Below, piece after piece: positions 54,330 through 64,000 of a stretch of DNA of 64,000 bases. Origin of the DNA: the human T2T-CHM13v2.0 reference genome, Homo sapiens; the NCBI RefSeq assembly GCF_009914755.1, contig NC_060935.1, one strand, 5' to 3'. Position 1 is the stretch's first letter, and every line of letters begins with the position of its first letter. Below the pieces are notes generated by a model. The model was not told the origin of the DNA. It saw only the letters and a program-made list of their open reading frames with translations, and did not search any database. Both the position numbers and the translations under genes were made by a program.

Positions 54330-55050
54330 ATGACTGAAATGCACCATGTTTAATTTAACGGATTTCATACTTAAATAAGCCATTATGGTACCCTGTAAAG
54401 CCTGTAGCCTGAAGCCAGTAAGGGAGGTGAAAGTTCCATTGGAAGCATTATTTGAAAGTCCAACACTGTGTAGGCTGAGAAGTGAAATGAGTGCCTTGGT
54501 CACTCATTACTATGGTTTGAGTGTTTCTGTCTTCTCCAAAATTCATGTTGAAGTGTAATCCCGACTGCAACAGTATTAAGAGATGTAGCCTTTGGGAGGT
54601 GATTAAGTCATGAGGGCTTTGCTCTCATGAATGGTATTAGCACACTTATAAAAGGGTTTGAGGTTGAAAGGAGTGCTCTCTTGCTTTTCTGCTCCTCCTC
54701 CACATGAGGACACAGTGTTCCTCCCCTCTGGAGGATACAGCAACAGGGTGCCATCTTGGAAACAGAGAGAAGCCCTCATCAGACACCAATGCTTGTACCT
54801 TGATCTTAGACTTCCCAGCCTCTAGAACTGTAAGAAATAAATTTCTGTTCTTTATCAATTACCCAGTCTAAGGTATTTTGTTAGGGCAGCATGAACAGAC
54901 TAAGACAGTCATTATGCAATATCCATCTCTATCTGCACATTTTTATAGATTCTTGTGCCATTCAGTGGCCTGGCTGCCTGGACTGATCACTGTTGGCAGA
55001 AACAATTCCTTGTACAAGGTTGGAACTTTTTGGGTAAAGAATTCTGGGAA
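54330..55050 (-). mobile_element. ERVL-type integrase relic split by an MST LTR
   Basis: Minus strand reads SDQGTHFT...QWNFHLPY..QA.G....NGL.K next to the MST insertion. Confidence 0.5.
54508..54907 (+). mobile_element. MSTD-like MaLR solo LTR
   Basis: tactatggtttga...gactaagaca; TSD ctcat/gtcat. Confidence 0.85.
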
Positions 55051-55094
55051 CATTTTGTCTCATAGAGACGATGTATATAAATATTATTCTTGAG

Positions 55095-55372
55095 TGTCTT
55101 TGAGGCTAGAAGTGCAAGATCAAGGTGTCAGCAGGTTCGGTTTCTTCTGAGGCCTCTCTCTTTAGCTCTCATCCTCCACCTGTGTGTTGTCTGCGTCCTA
55201 AACTCTTCTTATGAGAACACCAATCATATTGGATCTCAGCCCACCCATGTGACATCATTTTACCTTAATTACCTCTTTAAAAGCCCTATTTCTAAATACA
55301 GACACATGCCACTTACTGAGGGTTGAGATTTCAGCATATGAGTTTTGGAGAGGCAAAATTGAGCCTATAACA
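55095..55372 (-). mobile_element. MLT1B/C-like LTR fragment
   Basis: 'gaggctagaagt.caagatcaaggtgtcagcagg...cttaattacctctttaaa...cctataaca'. Confidence 0.7.
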
Positions 55373-55468
55373 GGTATACTGTGTCCCTTTGAAGGTAAAG
55401 GCAAATTGTGGTGGAAGGCTATTCAAATAGGCCCTGAACACTAACCAAATCTATAATACAAAAATCTG

Positions 55469-55770
<302 letters not shown>

Positions 55771-55774
55771 GTAC

Positions 55775-57562
55775 TGTGTCCGGAATTGGTGGGTTCTTGG
55801 TCTCACTCACTTCAAGAGTGAAGCTGTGGACCCTTGTAGTGAGTGTTACCATTCTTAAAGGTGGTGTGTCTGGAGTTTTTTCCTTCTGATGTTCAGACGT
55901 GTTCAGAGTTTCTTCCTTCTGGTGGATTCATGTTCTCGCTGGCTTCAGGAGTGAAGCTGTAGATCTTTGCAGTGAGTGTTACGGCTTTTAAGGTGCCATG
56001 TCTGGGGTTATTCGCTCCTCCCATCTGGGGTTGTTCATTCCTCCCGGTGGGTTCGTGGTCTCGCTGGCCTCAGGAGTGAAGCCACAGACCTTCGTGGTGA
56101 GTGTTACAGCTCATAAAGGCAGTGCAGACTCAAAGAGTAAGCAGCAGCAAGATTTATTGCAAAGAGTGAAACAACAAAGCTTCCACAGTGTGGAAGAGGA
56201 CCCGAGTGGATTGCCACTGCTGGCTCTGGCAGCCTGTTTTTATTGCCTTATCTGGCCTCACCCACATCCTGCTGATTCGTCCATTTTACAGAGAGTCGAT
56301 TGGTCTGTTTTACAGAGAGCCAATTGGTCCATTTTGACAGGGTGCTGATTGGTGCATTTACAATCCCTGAGCTAGACACAAAAGTTCTCCAAATCCCCAC
56401 TAGATTAGCTAGACACAGAGCACTGATTGGTGCATTTACAAACCTTGAGCTAGACACAGGGTGCTGATTGGTGTGTTTACAAACCTTGAGCTAGACACAG
56501 AGTGCTGACTGATGTATTTACAATCCTTTAGCTAGACATAAAGGTTCTTCAAGTCCCCACTAGATTAGCTAGATACAGAGTGCTGATTGGTGCATTTACA
56601 AACCTTGAGCTAGACACAGAGTGCTCATTGGTGTATTTACAATCCCTTAGCTAGACATAAAGGTTCTCTAAGTCCCCACTAGATTAGCTAGACACAGAGT
56701 ACTGATTGGTGCATTTACAAACCTTGAGCTAGACACAGGGTGCTGATTGGTGTGTTTACAATCCCTTAGCTAGACATAAAGGTTCTCCAAGTCCCCACTA
56801 GATTAGCTAGATACAGAGTGCTGATTGGTGTGTTTACAAACCTTGAGCTAGACACAGAGTGCTGATTGGTGTATTTATAATCCCTTAGCTAGACATAAAG
56901 GTTCTCCAAGTCCCCACTAAACTCAGGAGCCCAGCTGGCTTCACCTAGTGGATCCCACACCAGGGCCACAGGCAGAGCTGCCTGCAAGTCCCACACCGTG
57001 CACCTGCACCCCTTAGCCCTTGGTTGGTCAATGGGACCGGGCACCACAGAGCAGGGGGCGGTGCTCGTCGGGGAGGCTTGGGCCACACAAGAGCCCACAG
57101 TGGGGAGGGGAGGCTCAGGCATGGTGGGCAGCAGGTCCCGAGCCCTGCCCTGTGGGGAGGCAGCTGAGGCCCAGCAAGAATTTGAGCACAGTGCCATCAG
57201 GCTGGCACTCCTGGGGGACCTGGCGCACCCTCTGCAGCTGCTGGCCCAGGTGCTAGGCCCCTCACTGCCCAGGGCTGGCAGCACTGGCCAGCCGCTCTGA
57301 GTGCGAGGCCTGCTGAGCCCACACCCACCTGGAACTTGCACTGGCCCACGAACGCTGCCCTCAGCCCCGGTTCCCACCTGCGCCTCTCCCTCCACACCTC
57401 CCTGCAAGCAGAGGGAGCTGGCTCTGGCCTCGGCCAGCCCAGAGAGGGGCTCCTGCAGTGCAGCAGCAGGCTGAAGGGCTCCTCAAGCATGGCCAGAGTG
57501 GGCGCCAAGGCCGAGGAGGCACCAAGAGTGAGCGAGGGCTGCCAGCACACTGTCACCTCTCA
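55775..57562 (-). mobile_element. 3' LTR of HERV9 provirus (LTR12C-type, 1.79 kb)
   Basis: Minus strand tgagaggtgacag...aattccggacaca, preceded by PPT tttagaggggggat. GC-rich U3, CCAAT repeat enhancer, U5 repeats. Confidence 0.95.
56230..56920 (-). promoter_or_regulatory. LTR12 U3 enhancer/promoter: tandem CCAAT (NF-Y) repeats and AATAAA-type TATA
   Basis: 11 ATTGG sites (CCAAT on minus) between 56299 and 56869; 41/78-bp units; minus-strand aataaaa at about 56237-56243. Confidence 0.8.
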
Positions 57563-57619
57563 ATCCCCCCTCTAAACAGGACACCCCAACTGCTGTTGGG
57601 AATTTGGCCGATGACCGCT

Positions 57620-59436
57620 CTAGCTACTTCCTGCTGCATAGGGGCAATGAAGGGGCCCTGCAGTTGTAGTGTCCTCCAGAGGGGAGCTCTCTAGGCCAGT
57701 GAAAGTGCCAGCGGGTCAGTCCAGGGGTCCTCGGTAGAAGTTGTTAGTTGAACTCATTTGGGGTTCCATTTGTAAGACCATCTGTAGCTTGATGTCTTCG
57801 ATTCTAGAGGAAACAAATTTGACAAGAAGGTTAAAAATACAGGGCCCAAAGGCGAGTAACAGCAAGATGGCTGTCATGGGACCTAGAAAGGGGAGAAGCC
57901 GTGTTGCCCAACTCCAGAGGTTGGTATAAGAGTTTGAAAGGCATTGTCTGATTTCAGAAGCCTTTTCCTGTAAATGCCAGGCAGCATCTCATACTACCCC
58001 TGACTGGTTAGTTTAAAAACGACACTTTTCCCCTAAGAAAATGCAGAGTCCTCCCTTCTCAGCAGTGAGGAGGTCTAGGCCTTGGCAGTTTTGGAGAGTC
58101 ACTGCTGCCAAAGAGTCTATTTGGGATTGTAAAGTAAGGATAGATTTCGTTATTTCTTGCACACTGTCTGAGAAATCCTTTGAGAGTGTGTGGTAGTAGC
58201 ATAATGAAGTAGATAAACCAGCTATTCCAGTTCCTGTAGCAGTAGCCATTCCTAACCCTATAAGTAGGGGTATTAGTTGTATGGCTCTGCACTGATGGAC
58301 TTGAGCTTTGAGGGGTACTGATAAGGTCTGATTTCCTGGGGCAATGTTAACGTTGGGACTTAGAAAGACTAAGGTGCAGGTACCTGTCCAGTTAGTGGGG
58401 AGGGAAATATAGGTCAGTGTTCCACATAAGAATATACCTTGGCTGGGTAGACAGAACTGGTTATGTATGTTAAAAAGGTGTGTGAGTTTGTTGTTTTCGT
58501 TTTCCCATACTCCTAGAGTACTTGCCAAGGTAGCTCCAGTGAGTGGCTGGGAAGGGGTGTTGGGAGCAAACTGAATGGCTCCCTGTGTTCTATTTTTGCA
58601 TTGGAGAAAAAAAGTTTTGTATCCACTAGGACCATTTTGAGAGAGTGATTGAAAGATGGGATGAGAAGGCATTCACTAGTGGTGGGGGCGCTGCTGCAGG
58701 GGGTACAGGGGTGAATGGTCATGCAGGGAGTATGTTTGCCATTACAAAACCTGGACTGTTTGTTAAGCAGGGAGGAAGTGATGATTTTGGGGGGCCGTGA
58801 GAAGTGGACAAGCCATCTGAATGGAGCTGTTTGGGTGACTCAGAAGTTACTATGATCAGTTGGGGCTTGAAGTCGTAGGGTGTAATTACACTGACGTGGT
58901 AGTAGGTGCCCCAAGGGCAGGCCTGATAACAGATTGCATTGGATGCATAAAGGGGCTTGGAAAATTAAGATAGTATTCATGGTTACAGGGCCTTGTATGG
59001 GCTTTTCATTGCTTGTGTAATAGGTGAGGTTGGAAATGTAAAAATGTGAAAGTTGCATTGCACATCCTGTTAGGGTATTCTTGGTCCTATCAGATATGGG
59101 GAAGTCAGCTAATGATTGGATATTTAGAAGTCAGAAAGGGTCTTTTCCTTCATAACGAGAGTTGTAGGTCTAGTTGGTAAAGACCCAGTTTTCTGCGGGA
59201 ATGGGAGTGGCAACATAGGCAGAGGTTTATAGACAGATACAAAACCAACAGTCATTTGCCAGGGAAGGATTGGACTGGTTTAACAGAGAGTGAGTTAAGT
59301 TGAGAGTCTTGTAGTGGTAATTAGGAGCTAGTGGAAGGGGAGGGGTGATTGTATGAGGTATCCAAGGAAGCAGGAGGGATACATAGGCAAAGAGCAAATA
59401 GGAAGGTAAAGAGGGTGCTCTGGAAAATGAGATCAT
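57620..59436 (-). pseudogene. env: Full-length but disrupted env of the HERV9 provirus
   Basis: Signal-peptide-like start MISFSRAPSLPSYLLFAY, CWFC, NWTGTC, fusion peptide IPLLIGLGM, ISD LQNCQGLDLLTAEKGGLC, tail ending AGSS*. Furin site decayed (HQCR); stops and frameshifts present. Confidence 0.9.
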
Positions 59437-59594
59437 TTTATCTAGTCTGAGTTAGAGGTAGGAGTAAATTGCTGTCAAAAGGAAGGAAGATAGAAAGAAG
59501 GTGGATGTGATTAGGATTTTCATCCTGGCAGGAGCTAGAGTATTTAGTCCTATCACAAAGAGTATGGTTAGTATGCTGTTTTCACTTATCTTTT

Positions 59595-62500
59595 TTAAGG
59601 AGGAAGGGGTCTTTCCTCAGGATCAGTGGTAGAAGCCTTTTTAGTCTGGGATGTTTCCTTCCAAAATAGGAGGTGCAAGTCCTCCAACAGTTCACTGGTG
59701 TATCGAGGCTGGTCTGGCTGATCTTGGGACTCCTGATCTGGTGCTCCCTCAGGTTCCTCAGGGGATGTCCAAAGTTTAACTCGGGTGTGGTTAATCCAAG
59801 ATTCTACTCCTGCCAGCTTAACTGCAGTGGGAGTAGAGAGGATTACCGAGTATGGTCCTTCCCACACAGGGTCCATAGATGGGGAGGTAGAGGGGAGAGA
59901 TTTGACCAACACTAGATCTCCTGGTTGAAACAACTCTGTTCCCTTTTCTCTGTGACATCCTTCAGGTAGGTTGTTAAGGTTTTGTTGATATTTTGCCAAA
60001 GAAGTTATATCTTTAACCAAGTTGGTCATTTCCTGATCAAGTAGGAGGTCATTTGTGGGAAAAGGTCGTCCATACAGCATTTCATATGGACTGAGCCCTA
60101 TTTTGTGAGGAGAATTTCAGATTCTCAACAGGGCCATGGGCAAAAGAGTAGGCCATGGGAGATGAGTTTCTTGTGTTAGTTTCTTTAAGTGCCTCTTGAG
60201 TGTTTCATTTGCCTTCTTGACCTTCCTTGAAGATTGTGGCCTCCAGGAGCAGTGAGGGTGATATTGTATCCCTAGCACCCTGGAAATTCCCTGAGTTAAT
60301 GTGGCTTTAAAGGCCAGACCATTGTCACTCTATAAGCTTTGGGGAAGCCCAAATCTAGGAATTATTTCATGAATTAGGACTTTAATCACTTCCTGAGCCT
60401 TCTCTGTCTTGCAGGGGAAAGCTTCTATCCAATTTGTAAAGCTATCAACACAGACCAACAAGTATTGAAATCTCTTTGACTTAGGCATGTGGGTGAAGTC
60501 TAACTGCCAGTCCTCTCCGGGATAGTGACCTATTCTTTGTTCCCCAAAAGGGGCCTTACGATAAACCAAAGGATTATTCTTTTGGCACACCTCACAGGTT
60601 TTGACTACCTGTGGATGGTCCAGAGGAGATTTGGCCCTGTAAATAGGGATTTGGCCATTTGATTAGTGTTTTCAATACCCATATGAAAAGTTTGGTGGAG
60701 GGTTTTAAATTTTCCACTGGCTGGCTTCAGGTATAAGTACCTTTCCTTCTTCTGTCACCAACCACCCCGAGGGGAGAAAACTATGCCCCCGTGAAAGTCC
60801 CCACTCTGCTTCAGTCAGGGAATACTGGGGCTTAATCTCTTGGAGGGGGTTGTTCCATACCAAGGGCCCTTCCATAGGTATTTCTAATGGGGGGTTCTGC
60901 CTGGCAGCAATTTTGGCCTCAGCATCTGCCTGATGGTTTCCTTCTGCCTTATGTCCTTCACCTTTCTGATGGCTTTGGCAGTGTAAGACTGCCACCTCCT
61001 TGGGTTTTTGCACTGCATGCAATAACTCTATAATTTCCTTGTGGTATTTAATGGGGGTTCCCCCAGAGGTTAGGAACTCCCTTTCTTTCCATATTGCAGC
61101 ATGGGCATGTAGGATTAGATAAGCATACTTGATATCTGTATACACATTTATTCTTTTTCCCTTTCCCAGTTCTAAGGCTTGGGTAAGTGCCATTAGTTCT
61201 GCTAACTGGGCACTGGTCCCTGGGGGGAAGAGGCTTACTTTCAAGTATGGTTACATCACTAACTATGGCATAACCTGCCCTTCATATCGCATTCTCCACA
61301 AATGAACTTCCATCGGTATATAGGTTAAGGTCAGGATTAGCTAAGGGGACTTCTAAGAGGTCATTTCAGGTGACATAAGTCTGGACTACAATTTGTTGGC
61401 AGTCATGCTCGATTGGTTCCCCATCCTCTGGGAGAAAAGTGGCAGGATTGAGGGCCACACACGTGCGTATTTGAAGCACCGGTCCCTCAAGGAGTAGCAC
61501 CTGGTATCTAAGTAGGTGGTTGTCTGATAGCTATAAACTTCCTTTGGCATATAGTATGCCATTTACATCATGAGTAGTCCAGATAGTGAGATCCTTTCCT
61601 TGTATTATCTTGATAGCCTCTGACACTAAGACAGCCACCACCTCAACTACCCTTAAACAGTGAGGCCAGCCTTTTGCTACTACATCAATTTCCTTACTTA
61701 GGTATGCCACTGGTTGTGGGGTTGTCCCACGAGTCTGAGTAAGGACTCCAAGAGCTATCCCTGCTCTGTCTGTGATGTATGAAGAGAAGTTTTGTCCTGT
61801 CAGAAGGTTTAAAGCTGGAGCTTGTACTAGGACCTGCTTTAAGGTTTTGAAGGCTGTTTCTGCCTCTTATTCCCATTCTACTGGATGAGTATTTACCCTC
61901 TGAGTTTCCTTGATTAGAGTATAGAGGGGCCTGGCTATCTTGCTGTATCTGGAGAGCCATAGTCAGCAAAAGCCAATAATTCCAAGGAACCCCTGCAACT
62001 ATTTTAATGTCTCAGGGTGAGGATAAGCCAGTATAGGCTATATTTGTTCCTTGCTGATGGCCCTAGTCCCTCTGGCTAAGATTAGGGCTAGATATTCGAC
62101 TTGCTCTAGGCAAAGCGGGGCCCTCAACCTAGACATCATGTACTCTTGATTAGCTAGAAAGTTCAAGAGATCTAGAGTAGCCTGCTGGCATGAGGCTTCC
62201 AAACTGGTAGCCAAATGTAAATCATCCACATACTGAAGGACCAGAGTGTCTGGACTTGAGAAGTGGCCTAGATCTTGGGCCAGTGCCTGACCAAACAGAT
62301 GAGGGCTATCCCTAAACCCTTGGGGCAAGACCGTCCACGTAAGTTGGGATGTGTGGTCTGTGGGATCCTCAAAGTCAAAGAGAAACTGGGAGTCAGAGTG
62401 CAGGGAAATACAGAAGAAGGCATCCTTGAGGTCCAGAACCATGAACCATTCTGCTTTCTCTGGTATTTGAGAGAGCAGGGTATAGGGGTTGGGTACAACT

Positions 62501-63165
62501 GGATATAGAGGAATTACTGCCTCATTGATGAGTCTAAGATCTTGCACTAGTCTCCACTGACCATTCAGTTTCTGTACTCCTAGAATTGGGGTGTTGCAGG
62601 GACTGCCGCATTTCCTTACTAAGCCTTGAGCTTTTAAATGTTTAACAATGTCCTGTAATCCTTTATGAGCTTCAGGCCTTAAGAGATATTGCCTTTAATA
62701 AGGAAAAGTGGTGGGATCTTCTAACCTGATTTGGACTGGGCAGGCATTTTTTGCCCTTCCAAATTGTCCTTCCAATGCCCAGACTTCAGGGTTGATTCCC
62801 TCCTCAAGCAGGGGACAACAAATGAGTAACTTGTTCCCCATATTCATGTAGATAATAGCTCCAGCCTTGGCTAATATATCCCTCCCTAATAAGGGTGTGG
62901 GACTTTCAGGCATAACAAGAAAGGCATGTGAAAAGAGCAAAGTCTCCCAATTACAACTGAGGAGGTGGGAGAAATACCTGGTTACAGGCTGTCCCAGGAT
63001 TCCTCAGATGGTAATGGACCTTGAGGACAGTCGTCCAGGACAGGAGATTAACACTGAGAAGTCTGCGCCAGTGTCAAGGAGGAAGTCAATTTCCTGGCCC
63101 TCAATGGTTAAACATACCCAGGGCTCAGTGAGGGTGATGACAGCTGGCTCTTGCCCCAGGCACCC
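59595..63165 (-). pseudogene. pol: HERV9 pro-pol, disrupted
   Basis: IDFLLDTGAD, LLGRDIL, QDLRLIN, LDLKDAFF, LPQG, YVDD, RNase H SAQLAEL..YTD, integrase WQLDFTHMP, WEGPY. Confidence 0.93.
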
Positions 63166-64000
63166 TCAGTCCTGTTGTTGGATCATCTGGTTGGGGGCTT
63201 CTGACCCAGAGAACCTTCATCCTCTGGGGCATTGCATCTTCCAGTGATTGCCTCAGCATAGTGGACATGGACGAGGGGGCAGCTTGTTTCTCATTGGACA
63301 ATCCTTTTTAAAGTGTCCAAGTAAACTACAGTGATAACAAGCCCTACCGGGTGATTGGCCTGCTCCATTTTCTGTCCTCTCTGAACTACCAAGATTTGTT
63401 TGTCTGATGGCCATGACTAAGGCTGCGACCTTTCTCTGATCTTGCTTTTCCTTTTGGACCTGTTCCTCTTGGTTCCTATTATAGAACACTGAGGTTGCCA
63501 GGTTTAATAATGCCTCTAGATTTTGTTCAGGGCCCAGGGCTTGCTTTTGGAGCTTTCTTCTGATATCTGCAGCTGATTGGGTAATAAACTTATCTTTTAG
63601 AATCAATTGACCCTCGAGTAAGTCAGGTGACAGGGGAATATATTTTCTTAAGGCCTCCCATAGCCACTCAAGGAAGGCAGAAGGATTTTCTTCCTTTCCC
63701 TTAGTTATGGTGGACATCATTGAACAATTCATGGGCTTTTTTCTAATTCTCCTTAGTCCTTCTAGAACACAGGTCAACAGATGTCTACAACTCCAGTTCT
63801 CATGATCTGAGTCAAGGTCCCAGTGGGGATCCATACTGAGGATGGCTTGCTGATCAGTAGGGAATTTGTCCCTTTCTTTGGTGTCATTCTATCATTTACT
63901 TGACTAAGATACCAGGTATCTCCAAACTCTCGGGCTGCAGCTAAAGCTGCATTCTTTTCATTAAAGGCCAGGGTTTGATCTAACAGTAGCATGACATCTC
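63166..64000 (-). pseudogene. gag: HERV9 gag (3' part), disrupted
   Basis: MHR GKEENPSAFLE, FITQSAADIRRKLQK, zinc knuckle CYHCSLLGHFKKDC; QQQD-TGA gag/pro junction at 63166-63168. Confidence 0.9.

Larger units (their letters stand above)
57563..64000 (-). mobile_element. HERV9 internal region (class I, gammaretrovirus-like); continues beyond the window
   Basis: gag-pro-pol-env relics of the HERV-W/9 group adjoining LTR12. Confidence 0.92.

Noticed and set aside
56889-57694. Overlapping 80-170 aa ORFs and a CpG-island-like stretch
   Set aside because: GC-rich U3 of LTR12, where stop codons are scarce on both strands; not a cellular promoter or gene.

Overview
Primate (hominid, probably human) genomic DNA, made up mostly of interspersed repeats, with no recognisable intact cellular gene. 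Main structures: (1) an ancient, decayed class III ERV (HERV16/LTR16-like, about 5.6-9.7 kb, +). (2) A nested stack in which a near-full-length old L1 (L1MA-type, -, about 31.2-51.0 kb) contains a 5'-truncated MTMR12 retrocopy (+, 34585-47938), which in turn contains a two-LTR HERV-K(HML-8)/MER11 provirus (-, 36876-47051) and an Alu. (3) The 3' part of a HERV9 provirus (-) with a long LTR12C-type 3' LTR (55775-57562), running off the right edge. There are also Alus (one AluYe-type), MaLR and ERV1 solo LTRs, MIR/L2 and hAT fossils, and local tandem duplications. I found no convincing novel biological system. The best leads are a stop-free HML-8 pro frame, a 364-codon open env segment, a HERV9 env that looks mosaic (HERV-H-like SU, HERV-W-like tail), and LTR promoters positioned to make antisense MTMR12 RNA. 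All family and subfamily names come from recalled consensus sequences, not from database searches.
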